This document shows, one piece after another, positions 1 to 14,364 of a stretch of DNA of 64,000 bases; the stretch's first letter is position 1; each line of letters opens with the position of its first letter. The DNA is from Basidiobolus meristosporus CBS 931.73. Its lineage: Eukaryota; Fungi; Basidiobolomycota. Position numbers and translations under genes: made by a program. Under the pieces are notes generated by a model, which did no database searches, was not told the DNA's origin, and saw only the letters and a program-made list of their open reading frames with translations. Where the stretch lies: contig MCFE01000124.1 in assembly GCA_002104905.1 (NCBI GenBank), forward strand, positions 97,248-161,247, in the 5' to 3' direction.

Positions 1-2921
1 CTGTTTTGCACACCTACCGAGTCATTGTGAGGATTGGGATGCTCAATCATAAATATGTCGTGTGACAGAAGCCCTTCACAGACCATCACCGGACGTTCTG
101 GACCATGGCATCGGGAATTGCATGCTCCCTTGCATCCAAGATCCATAGGGATAATCCACCACAGCGGCGAGCTTCAAAACTAGTGGACGGCATGGATGAT
201 GTAATGACCCAAGCAGAATTAGGTGGTGAATCCATGATATAACCCATCTCTACCCTCATACATACGTAGACTTGAATGTGATTTAGATTTACTGATAATC
301 CCTACTCAACGAGCACCCAAGAGTTACCAAATCGCTGGCTCATTACCACATCAAGTCTAGTCATTACTCGGCGGTTCAGCAGCGGCCGTAGGCTTGTAGG
401 CTTGAAATTTATCTGCATCTTCAGCTATATGGCCCTATTGTCCTTGTCAGCCATGTCGAGAAGCAAGATGCCAAACTTGATTTGCCATTGCGTAATGGGC
501 CAATTATCTACGAAGGCTACGAGTTTGGCCTATCCAAGCATCCCATTGAGGTTACTCCGGATAGCTGGTCCTCTCTTGCCGTACTAAAATGTAGCATTAG
601 CAAGCCAATATTCCGGAAGCAACATTAGGGCTGGTGAGCGGCGATGGGCCCAAAGCCATTGGCTAACTGTTTGCAGTAGGAAAGCCATACTTCCGCATGG
701 TGGTACAACCCAGCTGCTTTGCCAAACCGCACCACGGCCAAGGGAAGTAAATGTATCGCAACCGACTAGTGTGAGAGTGGAGGAGGTCGTGGTTGGAAAT
801 CCGATGTATGAAATCAATTTCCCAATATTAAGGGGGGATCTGGTGGAAATGAGGGTTGATGTGTGTGTGAAGGATCAGCACCGATTTGGAAATGTTTCAT
901 CAACTCCATATAGTTCACTAACATTGATACATGAGATTTGGGTGCACAACCCATTTCAATAGCATCGTTGTGCGAGTCCCAGTATCTCAGTAGCTACGCG
1001 TTGATGTGTGTTGGCACCGCAGAGTGAATATGTTTAGCAATAAACGGACTAGTAGCTTCTCACTACGCGCAAGACGCTGATTACATGCATGAGCAGCATA
1101 GATATAGAATATTACTAGAGAACCAGTCAGTTAGAAAAATCCACGCCTGGTATACGCTGACCCAAAGCACCCTGAAGCAAAGCTCTCAGACTCGGGCCCA
1201 GCCGCTGCCGCAGTCGGTCACTTACAAGCCATGCGGTCTTGGAAGCCAAGTCAAAGCGTATCCTCCACAAGCAATCTGAGCGTATACGCAGCAGTGTGCC
1301 CAGGCAGGCAGACCCGGATCCTCCTGTAGCTTGTCGGCAAGGGAAAACAAATCTGTATCAAGCACCAACGGAAACCGATTCACCAGAGGATAAATCAGGC
1401 AAATGAAGCAGCTCGGCGGTGGGAACGCGCGAAGGTGATACCTCATCGTGAGCTAAAAAGGCTAAGCAAAAATTCGCAGCGATGCCCTGCGGAGCATAAG
1501 CAAGGCATGCCCCCTTCCCCTGAACCAGGCTTGAAGGATATCCACGGCACTGATGTGCACCAGGTGGGACGAATTTAATTACACCACCAACTCTATCATG
1601 TCGCTGTCCTTGTGTCGCATGCAACGTCGATAAACGTTGCAATAGGAAGGAGGTAATTTGTCGAACTAGATCGCAATTGTTTGATTGTCTGTACCAAAAT
1701 TTCTGAGTGACATTAGCACCTCACCATTTCATTTCGGGCCTGGAGAATAGCTGCCTCAACTCAGTTGCCTTTTGCGGGGAATCCAATGATTATGGCCCAT
1801 AATGCATGTCACAAATACGACCCATGATCACTATTTCGAATTTCAGGTGCCCGCCCAAATAATCTCGTACTCCTCATATTTTCCTAGAGCTGTGTGCTGA
1901 TTTTGTATGAGGTTTCACTTTCTACCCCATACAGGGTGTTACACACTTGGTCTGTCTATCAAACTCATGCAGTACATTAATTTGCATACAAACAACTCCA
2001 TATGCGAGGAACTCGGTAATCTGATCTCCCAAGGCATATGCAGCGTTTCAATGCCACATGGTGCAAGGAAGTGTGCATCCGCGTGCTTGACCTAGGTTCC
2101 AGATCCTGAGGAGCGGTTTGAGGGAACGAGCATGCTTGCCCATTAGCTGCTAGCCTTGTTCTGCACCAGGAGAGGCGGTTGAGGGGCGGTGCAATCAGGC
2201 GAGTGTAGCGCTATCAAGGCACACACCTCTCCAAATTGGTGGTTCGCTGGCCCTGGCCGATGTTGAGCCGTATCTCGCAGATGAGCAATTGGCCGCCGTC
2301 GATGTGCGCTGATGATCAGTGCACGCTGCATAATGCGTTCCTGGGGCGAGCCTCAGCAGCAACTCGAGGAAAGTACAAAGCAACGCTAAATATGGATCCA
2401 AGCTCGTTCTTGTGCAAGACCTGAGGAGCAATCTAGCACCAATGAAGTCGCCCGCCCTGGATTCTTTATTCCCCTTAACCTCCCTCCGACCCCCCCAAAA
2501 AAGCCCATAATCCCTACGTCGCAATGGCAAGGCCGCACCTAATGCGTAAATCCTCTGGCACTAATCTTCACTGCACCTCATTCGGAATACCCAAGCTGTT
2601 TCTATTAGCCCGCTATATCAATAATAGCCCTGTATGATGACAAAATCAGGAAAGTAATTGTTTGAATTAAGCAATGCAAGCCTTGTCCCGCAAAAAGAAA
2701 TAATTTCCAACTGTTAATCAGTAGTATTATTAGACTAAATATGTTTGGAATCCAGAGATTAATATAGATTCTTTGTTTTACTTATCATTCCATATCAAAT
2801 GGGAAACACAGTTATTTATTTGCCGATGAGGGATTTGGAGTTTCCTGTTTCGAAATCTTGTCTTACCTAGGATTGAAATACACTCCATACTGAATTGGCG
2901 AGGCAGACTCAAGATGCCAGG

Positions 2922-2928
2922 TATATAA
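2922..2928 (+). promoter_or_regulatory. Candidate TATA box upstream of the APSES gene
   Basis: TATATAA about 240 nt upstream of ATG 3161, followed by a pyrimidine-rich leader; position only, no transcript data. Confidence 0.4.
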
Positions 2929-3160
2929 GGGAGACGCTGGCCAGAAGAAAATTCATCATCATCAACCCAGCGAGTTTCCGAAAGATACCTTCCCTCTCCC
3001 TTGTGTGAAAATTCCTGACATTGTACTCCAAACCTCTCGCCTTGCCTGCTCTATGCTAATTCCCTATTTCTGAGTTGTACCTAATTGGAAACGTTGTTTG
3101 CTATACATTCTCTTCACCTTCATCTCCTTCGCTTGTATTTTTCTAGAGTTATCATTAGAA

Positions 3161-5048
3161 ATGGCTGGACACTATACATTCACATCCCCGAATGATCCGC
3201 CGAGCTATATACATAGTGGGCCATCAAATACGTCTCGTCAGATACAAAATACTCATACACCTAGCAATAGTAGTTATGGGTCACCTATTTCCTTCTCCAC
3301 ATCGCCTCATGCTTCCTCGTACTCAACCAATAATGGCATGAGCAATATGAACTCCTCCGGTCTTCCACATTCCTTTCCTATGCCTGTTCCGATTCAAGAA
3401 TCATACTACAACAACAGCAATAGCAGTCAATTCTCACCTGGCTACCCACCACAGTCCGGGATTCCCTCTGTCAAATGGTCGCCCAACGGCGCTTGGACTG
3501 GGCCAATGATCCCCCAAGGGATCAACGACTCGTGGTCAAGTATGTCTGGAATGTCGTCGATGAACCGCCCGCGACCGAAACTTACCACCACCCTGTGGGA
3601 GGATGAAAACACCGTCTGTTTCCAGGTGGATGCTAAAGGAATATGTGTTGCCCGTAGACAAGGTATGCAGAGTCGTATTTCACCAGCTCTCGTTTGCAGA
3701 TTTTAACCGCATTTCCTCTGTAGATAACGATATGGTAAATGGAACCAAGCTGCTCAACGTTACCGGCATGTCCCGTGGCAAGCGTGATGGCATTCTCAAG
3801 AACGAGAAAGGCCGTGTTGTAGTTAAAGTGGGAGCAATGCATTTGAAAGGCGTGTGGTAGGCTTCACTCTCATTCACATTGGATGCCTGTGGCGGATGTT
3901 GACCTTGTCGTTTGTGTAGGATTACCATGTCTCGAGCCAAGGCCCTTGCTGCCCAGTTCAAGATTTCCGATCTACTGTTCCCTCTGCTTGTAGAAGACCC
4001 GAGCCCGTATTTATATAGCCCGCATTATCCTTCCGCCTTGCCTTCACGTATTGGAGGCCTACCTGCACAATCCAACCTATACATGACCTCATTCGCAGAC
4101 CCTGCCGCCGCATCTGTTAGAAGCCAACCCCAACAACACTTCATGGCTCCGCACACTCGCATGGGCTATGGCTCACCCGTGGTTCCTATGAACGATACCC
4201 ACAATGTCGGTGTACTGCCTCAATCCTCACAAAATCAATTCTCGATACCCTATAGATACCCTGGAGGCAACCCACATTCACACTCTCCCTCGATGACACA
4301 TTCCAGCCAAGGGATAGAGCCGTATCTGATGTCCGATGTCTCTCGTATACATTCACGCTCCCCACTGTCGCAAGGAGGTATAAACCATCCAGAAGGAACG
4401 GCCCCCGGAGACGTACCGACCCAACCGTCTATCAATGGGGCTTCGAACCCTCATCAAGCAACCGGTTATGGCGCTGAGACCTCATTCAACCGTATTCAGT
4501 CCTACAACGTACAGAGCACTCCAAAAGTGATGGGACACCAGTTAGTTCCTTCTTCTATGATAGGAAAGAGGAGAGAGCATCCGGAAGATGGTGACGCTGA
4601 ATCGTCCAACGACAACCAGACTCTACCGGAGCCACCGCATCCTCATAGTGAAACGATGTTTGGTCCGTTGGGCGGGCGAGGATATTCTTTTCCTTCGCCA
4701 TGCTCCCTTCCTTCACCATCAATGTCCCAAACACAACAAGACCTGCCACCCGTCAATAAACGTACGAAAGTTTTACGTTACGATTCTAATCCAAATACGG
4801 GTTATATTAATCCACACCATCAGCAGACAAAGCCTATTGACACCCTTCGAATGCCGACACCGGTGGGCCAGGAATCGGTTGGCCTGATCTTTGGAACATT
4901 CAGCCCGCCAGAAAGCGAGAGCGAAGGGGGATTCACCGACACCAAGTTGGGCTCCGTACGCGACTACGATGAGCCTGTCGCGATGCCGCACAACAATGAC
5001 ATCTCCAGGTTTGGCTATACAAACAGCCCCAAGTTGATATACTCCTGA
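3161..5048 (+). CDS. stuA: APSES-domain transcription factor of the StuA/Sok2/Phd1/Efg1 type; join(3161..3662,3724..3856,3920..5048), about 587 aa
   Basis: Two GT-AG introns splice in frame to give [90 protein letters not shown], the canonical StuA/Efg1 APSES domain, flanked by S/P/Q-rich low-complexity regions. Confidence 0.93.
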
Positions 5049-8000
5049 ATGGAATGACCATCCTCTGTCCCAACTCCCCCGCCGGATTAGTCAACCCTTC
5101 TTGACGAAGAATACGCAGCTATATACACCGCGCACTCTACCACACCACCGTATCCTATCCAACTCAACACCAGCCCATTTGTTTCATTTTGTCTTTTCAT
5201 GCTTTGTACACACCTCAGTGGGTTTGATTTTTGATTCACTCTTTTGTATTCTGTAATGTAACAATCTAATTACCACAATGCCAATCTGTTCCTGGTTGAT
5301 TCAACAAATTCAACCACTCTTGCAGTGGTGAATAAACATCAATTACTCCATTCGCTCGTCAAAAGCCCATTTGAAATCGATAGCCCTCGATATGGCACGA
5401 AGGGAGACCGACCATTTGCTAGGGGCGGCCGTAGTAACACTTGGCACTAATCGTGCCGGTGCATTGGCTATTTGTCAGATCACTGTCGAATCTAGGAATG
5501 TGGTACGAATTAAATGAGCACCACCACATTTGGCTAAAGGACGGTGCTTGTCACAATCAGCTGAACCATTCTGTTTTCATCCATCTCTGAACATTCATGA
5601 GCAATGATCAATCCAATCAGCCTAATTGCTGCTGGTCATCACATTTGGCCATATCGTCCCACCGGAAAGGGCTATTCGCCTGATGGATTTGGCAGGTTGG
5701 GGCTGACCGCTTCGTGCAATTAATTGATTTCCTCACCGTGATGATCACCCACATCAAAACAAGAGATCAACGAGGAAGATCGTCGAAGCACATTAGCGTG
5801 CCGCCAAGAAACCCGGTTCCGAGTGGCGCTTTCATCGAGCTCTCCAGTAGAGCGCAGCATGCGCCTGGCTGCTCACACCACCACGGCCGAGATTGAAATT
5901 AGGCCTAGGATTTCCCGGCCCAGAGGATTCGCACTGCGACGTGAGCGAATTCCCAAAGTGGCTGGATTCGTCAGCATGGAGAGCAATCTTGTTATGGGAT
6001 GAGATAAAAAGCTTGGTGGGTGCCCGCCCCCACTGGCCATTGGTTAGGACGACTAAAACCTAATCAAACTCAAATCCACGTGTCATCATTAGTGACTAAT
6101 ATCGTCCTACGCAACTTAATTTATTTCTATTAACTCCACCCTAGATGCGATATGGAACCAGATTTCTTTGGCGGGTTCTACTGGAAGCGAGCTGGCCACA
6201 TGATTTGATCTTTTATCATCAGCGTGCGCCGTCTGCGAATCTTTTCGCTCCAGCGATACTTTCCGAGATCGAGTGTCCAAACCATACGATTGGCCTAGGG
6301 AGTGAATCTTGGTTAGTGCCTCCGTAGTGCACTCGTGTCTGGTGCCTGTTACCTCAGTAGCCTCGCACTGTACACCTGTGCGCCAGTATGACCGAAAGGA
6401 AGCGCGGGTGAGTACAGTGCTCAATGCTATCGATCTATGCTACCGTATATTTATGATGGTTAGCCTCAAACCATACCACGTTTGCTTCGTTGTGGCAACT
6501 GATCATCATTCGTGAACCACCAGAAGATGTGCTAAATGATCACTGCCTGATGAGTACGAATCATGTGAGTGGGATATTTGATACCAAGCCAAGTCAGAGC
6601 TCTTCATTGGATGGCAATAATAAGAAATATACCAGATTTCCATAAGGGGGCTGTGGGGTACATTACCTGTCAAGTGCCACCTGCACCCCTGCTTGCACTG
6701 GATGGAAGTCAAACAGCTGCCAAAGAACGGTGGAGATCTGTCTCTCGGCACTGCTAGGCTCTGGCGCAGACTGATCGCCAAATATGCGTTCCAGCGGAGG
6801 CAAGCGTAGGGCAAGGCTCGAGACGAGGAAGTGGCCCCCTAACGAGTGCCCGGAACCTGAAACCCCAGGACCACTTTGGCCAAATCTTGAATGATGCCAA
6901 ATCTTTCCAGATTACCGCACTTCTTTCCTTTTTGGCCGAAAAATCGTACCCTCCTCGAATAGTCCATTCCTCATGGTTTTTGTGCGAGCTTTGTGGCATG
7001 CATCGGTTGAGAATTTCAAATTGCTCATGAATGGAACATAGTTTGGAAAAAGGGCAATCTGAGATGTATATGATCGCTGGTCACCGATGATACTGGTGGA
7101 CAGCATCGCTCGCCCATGTGTTCTGCTTACACACCCAACCCAGCCCGAGATCTTGTCTTTGTAACAACAAGGGGCTGTGATTACATTGCAGAACCACATG
7201 CCGCGCCCGACCTTTGGATGCGCTCTGGCAATGTAGAAGCTCCTGTGATTTGGGCTTATCAGAGCCTTGGCCCATATGGAGGTTTGTATAACTTGATGGT
7301 CGCCGTCTGGTGGTCCGTTGACCACATGACAATGCTTTGATCAGGGTCTGATTACATGGGCGCGGGATTACATATTTTGTGCATGTTGAGGGCTGATCCT
7401 GAACTCTAATACCCAGTTGATGTGTGTGCCCTGGATTCTTGGTCGAATTCCGAGAAGATCAATGCCAATCCAAGGATTGCCTTGCTGCCTTTTACATCAC
7501 CCCGGCAACGAGGATTTGACTAAAATCCATTGCTCACTGAGCCGAGTATCACCTCAGGTCAATATTGCCCCAGAGACAGTACCGGCCTTGTGGGGTACTG
7601 CAACCAACCATTGTGTTGCTGCTGAGCACCTTGGTGTCAATCTATTTCGGGTAAATGAACGGTTATTTTTAGACCCCTGTCCCAGGGCTGCTTCCATGAA
7701 TGTCTATACACAGTCGTTGGTTACCACGAATTAATCTACAAATGATGCCTCTGTGACATCACCAATCCAGCGGACCTGGTAACCGCTGATGTAACACATG
7801 CACTATCTTCATGGAATGGCTTGACAGATATGCTTTCATGGCTACCCGCTAACGAGTATCTATGGAACAGATTGGGTGCATTCAAGTTGATATTGGAGGT
7901 GAACTACAATCCATCGAATCAAATTGCTGGATGATATAGTGGATTCAGGAGAGCTACACCTCCGAAGAATCATCTGATTTACTTCAATGTTTTACAAGCT

Positions 8001-10845
8001 TGGCTCGCTGACAGGAGACAAGCAGGTTGGGGGAAGATTTGTAACGTTTAGGTTCGTGAGCTTGGTAAACCTCCAACCATTACTGTCCCATGGTTGACAG
8101 TGTTTGTGTTCTATAATGCCATGTGTGTTACAAATAATGGTTATTGAATTCTCGCTCGTTCGTACACAAAGTTATTGTTCGAGTACTAAGCCAATGAGAG
8201 GTATGTTTTACACGAATTAATGGAAATTAATGGAATTGAGTATATTGCGTAATGAATGTCCACCGATTCACTTGTTTGTTTTTAGGCATAAAACAATGTT
8301 TAATTACCGTCACGACAAGAGACTTCATACATCAGACTCAGAATCCTTTCACTTCTCTGCCCACATGTCATGAATTTATTTAATGGTCAATTATTTGGGT
8401 GATACCAATGTTATCTGTGAAGTCAGCTCACTAATTACCTAATTACACCTGTGTTAGACGCACTATTTGTAATGGTTAGTGCAATATTCGAAGGATTCTG
8501 AGATATGGAGTGGCTTGGTGATCTTAGCAATCTTGGCATTAAGTGATAGATACGCATTAAACCCTGACGGCTAATGTTATTATCTAATTATTGATATTCC
8601 AAGTTGAAGCAGCTAGCAACTTATTTCAATGCCTATTTTTGATTCAGAGGTATTGGAATGCTGTGATAGAAAGTCCCCAGGTATTCCCCAAAGCTCCCGA
8701 GCTATTTTCCCAAAACATCGTGCTTTCATTCATTAAATATAGTCTTGCAGTATCATCCAAATGCATACACCTTATAGTACTTCTTTAGATCGCTCTTTGG
8801 CTTATTGAGTTCGAATAAGATATGACCAATTATCATCGAACTTCGCAAGTTTAATGCTAGTAATGCCTTGAATATGGTTCTAGGAAGCTTTGTAGGGAAT
8901 TTGGGTCATTTGAGCAGATTCAAATGTCTGAAAAACCTTCAGGAGTTTACTAGTCTAAAAAATATGTATTTTTAAATCTATATCGCAATCTCGGAATTCA
9001 CATCCCAATTATATGCGAAGTTGATGCTTGCAATGTCCGAGATATATATATGATTACATTATTCACTTGAGTAGGGCTATGAGTGACTTATTATTATTCC
9101 AGTGCTATTGACGAAGCTAGCATGTAAGTAATTTGCATGGCCCTATAGGCTTGTGTGGCATGATATGAATTCTACCCATAAATCAGTAATTTACCCTTCA
9201 TAAAAAAGTCAGTTTTAGTCTAGTTTTAGATATATCTCAGGTGGCTCTTGATACCCTTTCAGCTACTGTAATGACTACATAGTATATTTCTCTTGGATAC
9301 TTTAGTATGCTATATGACATCTAGTAAGCTGGTAATTAATAGGAATTCCAATTTTTTATTACAATCATGCCCAATCACTTGTCAATCTTGTGCTTATATA
9401 TATATATACTCTGGTCACTTTGCTTGTAGAAATATAATTACTACCCTAACACAGATCCTAAAAGTCTATTAGCTCTGCCTGTGGCTTCTCGTATCAGAAC
9501 TAAGAGCATCCCCACCAACTCTGAAAACTTCCCATAAATTCATGTATGGATCAATAGGTATGAGGATAAACTTGAACATACTTGTCAGCCAGTTCAATGC
9601 CTATCAATGGCGTGATAGGCTTGTTGTCAATACTCAGTTTACACCTAAACCACTCATACAGCGTAGGATTCTAGTTGGCTGATTGCTTAGTAATGAATTA
9701 CTTACCTCAGATTGAGTTTGTAAGATATTGATTGATTTTTAGAACCTTTGAAGGCCTGGAAGTTATCATTATCGTCAAACTTGTTCAAAAGCCCCCAAAT
9801 TGTGCACATAGCTTCCTAAGACTTTTTCGAGATAAATTCATCATTATTTTTACGAAGTTTCTCTAGAAGTATATATACTTTACAAACTTGATAAGTCTGC
9901 AAGTGAATATCATCCTATACATCTAGGTCACCAAATGACTTTTGATACTTCCTAGAATCTGGCAACAAGGCTAATATGCATCAAGATATGAGATCCTATT
10001 GTATGCTCAGGTTGTCTATTATGTGCATTGTATGCTGAGATCTACTGTATGAAAGTTCCAGTGCTGGTTGTATCTGTGATGTTTGATACCAAGCACATGC
10101 TTGTACATTAGAGAAGTAACTAACATGAACGGATGACTATTGAGTATAAGACATTCAAAACTCTAAGGCTGCAGTGATAATATATGGGTAATTATTAATG
10201 CCACTGTTACTATGTAGATACTGAAGTAGTCATTGAAATGTTAGGATTTTACACATGATTGACTCTGATTTTCAATTAGTAAAGCAAGACCATTTTTCTC
10301 ATATCCTAGTACATTCATAAATTCACCTTCATCAAGCTCCAAAAGATACAGATTTGCAATTTGTGCGCTCCTTTGAGACCATTTTCCTAACTACAGCTTG
10401 GCAAAGCTTACCAACAGACAAAGCATTTTTCCATAGAATATTGGTGATATATTTTTGCAGTTTCACTTGATCATCAACGTAACCAATACTACTTTCGCAC
10501 CTAGAAGGCCTGCCTCCATAGATAAATCCTCGCTGTTGTATTCAGATTGTACCATAAGCAATTGTAACCAGCGTTGTAGAGTTATTACTATGGACATGAT
10601 GAGTTTCTCTTATCAACTTCGAGTAGGCGCCTCGTATGGAGCTGACATAATTGTATTGCTAATACTCGATCAGTAAGTGGTCTAGAATACTTCACACTAA
10701 ACTGGCACCCAATAGATCATTCGTCCATGATTTATGCAGTCATACCATAGGTGTTGGTCATATGAACCACCACACAACAACCTCGGCACAATTTATTGAC
10801 CTTTCCATGCTGGAGTAGCTGAAGTTTGTGCCCTTCAATAACAGT

Positions 10846-11895
10846 ATGTCTGCTCCGAATCTGCTGGTGGTTGTGACAGGTGGTACCATTTTTCAAAAGG
10901 TAGATGCCAATGGGGAGATGCAACTGGCAGTCAGCATTTCCGAATTGTTGACCTCCCTGGGCAAGCATATTTCGGGAGACGTATGTCCGCTGGTGGTCGA
11001 TCTGAACTGTCGTAGTGGCGCGGAGCTCACTTTCGAAACGATCCTTCGAGCCCGGGATGCGTTCCTCGAAAACCTTCCGGAGAACGGTATCTCCTCCGCC
11101 ATATTGGTTACCGGCACCGATACTATGGAGGAATTTGCTTTCTGCCTAGATTTATGCTTAGGACCTTGGCTAATCGAAAGGAAATACTCTCTAGTCATTA
11201 CCGGCTCGATGAAACCAGCCGATGTTCTGGGATATGATGGGCACTCGAATGTACTTGGCGCCATTCAGGTATGTTCAACTCAAGGATCTTGAGCCGACAA
11301 TTGATACTTATCCCGTTTTTACTAGGTTGCGCTAGGTGAAAATGCCAAGAGGGCAGGTGTTTTACTCTCGATAAACAATGACATTCACTCAGCTCTCTAT
11401 GTTACCAAGGGTGATTCCCAGCTTATTGGATCATTCAGATCGGTTCCCACAGGTCCTATTGGGCAGATACGAAGAGGGATCCCCCAATTTTATTACTCTC
11501 CAGCAGCTTCGCCTCCGCCCATCTATTGTCCATCATTCCTACATTTAGATCAAGAATCGGTGGCCAAAGTGCGGGTGGCCATTTGGATCATAACAGTGTC
11601 CTCTTTCATCCCAGAGCAGCTTTTGGAGAATCTCGACGGGCTGGTACTGGCGGGGCCTGGGACTGGCTCTATTCCCAACGCATTTGTCGAGCAGCTCTCC
11701 CCGAAATGGACCAAAAGGATACCGATAGTTGTCGTAACTCGATGCTTCTCGGGGAATAATTTTGATGACCACTACTATCGAGGAAGCAAGGCGAAATTCA
11801 CCTCGAAAGGTTTCATCCTGGAGGATGGCTTTGAAGATCTCAATGCTATACAAGCGCGAAATTTGCTGACATTTAAACTGGCAGCAAGAGCGTAA
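10846..11895 (+). CDS. L-asparaginase (bacterial-type asparaginase/glutaminase fold), no signal peptide; join(10846..11268,11326..11895), about 330 aa
   Basis: Catalytic motifs VTGGTI and TGTDTMEE, then ITGSMKP..DG..N and VTK, and a C-terminal LDGLVLAGPGTGS...IPIVVVTRC...DLNAIQARNLL; a single GT-AG intron (11269-11325) joins the two ORF-track segments in frame. Confidence 0.9.
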
Positions 11896-14364
11896 GTATG
11901 CGCCTATACGATGGAAATTGGCTTGCTGATCTTCATTGTTCAAACCATGGATTCGCCAATTCGTTTGAGGGATGCCTCAGGTGTTGCCTGTCAGTCTGAT
12001 GTAGCAATAAATATCAGGCCATTTTTAGCCAGATACCATTTCAGGTTATATCGCTGCTATCAACACAATGGCGTGGCAATGCAATATTAAGGCCCCGCCG
12101 GAAAACAGACTAGTTTTGCATTTTCTAGCGTGTTTTTTTGCTATTTGGATAATCCATGTCGTCCAGGTGAATCCCAGAGTACGATAACGAGTGCATAGAT
12201 TAGTCGATCATCCCACTTGATTGATCGGCTAGTGACGTTGGCTACTACCCTACCGTGGTAACTCACCATCACCAGTCTACACCAAACAAGGCATCAGCAT
12301 GTACTCTCATCAGGAGCCCAATCCACTCATTGGAAAGGCAATCCTTATACCATCACCTCCCAAACCAGTGGTTTTGTATAGAACAATTGAGCCAGATTTA
12401 GGGATACGTCGTTGAATCAAAAACTTGATCATCACGCATATCCTATGGAAATAACCAGCACCGTACAAAGACACCCATTGTTCTACAAATGGGGACCTCT
12501 CCTCTACATGTGTCAGTTCACACCAAATCTCTGACTAAGCCGGGCATTTCCAGCCCGATTTCGCAGAATTTCCCAATTGCTTGTCAAAGCCAAGCATTCG
12601 CATAGAAGCTCATAATTACCCAATCAGCGTTACCCGGAGATTAGACGGGCAGATCGCACCATGAGTAAGAAACGTTTTATACACAGGAAATCCCCCTGGC
12701 CTCCTTCCCCGTAGAAAACAGCCAATTTCGCCACATGCTGATTTTTCCCCTCTATCCTCGATTAGAATAAGCGTATGATCAACCATTTGTTGCACGCCGA
12801 GCATCGTGGGTCGCTTCTCAGAGTGAGCCGCGAATCTAGGCCAACCCAAAGGGCCAAGGACCTCTGGTGGGTATTGAGTGGGAATCAATTTCTGGGGAGG
12901 CCCGTAGGAGGTTGTTTCGCTCCTCAATACCCTCCTACTAGCCCACAGATGTCGCCGACTTTTATCGCGGATCGCAGTAGAAAGCGGTGATCGTTGGAGG
13001 CGCTTTGGTGTCCATGTCGAGAATGCATGAAATCATCATTAGCCTCAGACGCCTCACATGATCACGGATACCAGTGCCCATCGGTGCTGAGCATCGTAAT
13101 CCCCAATAAAAAGCTCGATGATCGGAACCATCCTAACTTGATTTATATTCCATGGCGAAATGCTCGGTATTATCCCTCGTGGCCATGTCCATGAACCCAA
13201 GCTTTCCTTTATTTGGGACTGATGTCATTACCAACCTAGGCAGCAGTGGGATGGGAAATGCCGTCATGCTGGAAATGAAACATGGAGCATAAGTCGCCTT
13301 CTCCTGGGTGCTCATTGGCCCCATCACCCTTGAGTCACAGCAAGCAAGACCCTCCCCTCGTCCCCCTCTTTCCATACACGCCCAGTGAGAATCTATTTTT
13401 ATCGCAATTATGTATTCCTGATTTCCTAAGCATATACCATCTGCTGCACTACTTCTACTAACGGGGGATGTCTGTGCCAGAGATTGAAGTTGCACTTGAG
13501 CACCGCTCCGTCACCAATCATGGCAGTGCTCAAACTTGACTAGTCCAGAATCAATTGTCTAGGGCAATGATGCCTCTATGACCTCACTATGTGCAACCAA
13601 TGAGACACCTGTATCACCAGCGTAGGTGCCTGAGTTGCGGTGATGGTAGAGAGAGCAGGCTTACCACTTGATAGGCGGTCAGCAGCGAACATGAGCCATC
13701 GACATCCAGCAATAACAAGTATGCACCTCCACCAGGAAGATCCTGATGGGTCGTCTTGTTGGCCGCTAATGGCGCCGGATGCATGATTTAACCAGTGTTT
13801 TTCCATGCACCGCCGGCTCCAAAATCAACTCATTTTGAGCGTGTGTCACCATGATTGCCATCCTGTTAGTTGTTGGGGCCGGTGTCTGACTGAGCCCCTT
13901 CGCGAATTCCATCCCAATGACGTCATGGCGGGCCTGGATTGGTGGCCGACATCAGCGGGTTGGCGAGATGCCTCTAAATCTGCAATGCTGGACAGGGCGT
14001 ATACAAGATCTCCGGCCTGATCTCTAACCTATATAGACTTGGTAACCGGTCACAGAGGTTGGAAATGAGGGAGGGGTTTATTGGATTGGAGGTTACCATC
14101 AACCATGCGTTTACGCGGATTCGAGCGATTTCAACCAACAATGTTTGAATATACGAAATGAGCAAATTATATACAGTAAGATGGGGATTTTCGAGTGGTG
14201 GCAGGGAAATATATCGGCGCTCAGTGCTCTATAGATAGATCGATTGTTATTTCTCTCTAGACGGATTTGGTAGCTAATAAATCAAGGGATCAACCGCGAT
14301 GAGGTAGTGCTTCCTATTTTCTATTCTGATCCAATCTCAGAAACGTGGCACACAATTTTCTAGA

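Noticed and set aside
1-2530. Short ORFs on both strands, some hydrophobic, upstream of the APSES gene
   Set aside because: No recognisable motif, no consistent splice chain and frequent stops; could be decayed TE accessory ORFs but I cannot support a call.
6543-6560. CTGATGAGTACGAAT, resembling a hammerhead ribozyme core
   Set aside because: No stem II, no GAAA and no flanking stems I or III.
5714-8100. Cluster of 60-137 aa ORFs (e.g. 6912-7325 minus)
   Set aside because: Overlapping ORFs on both strands with no domain signature; consistent with chance ORFs or an unrecognisable relic.
12616-14165. Several 63-120 aa ORFs downstream of the C2H2 gene
   Set aside because: No motifs or coherent exon structure.
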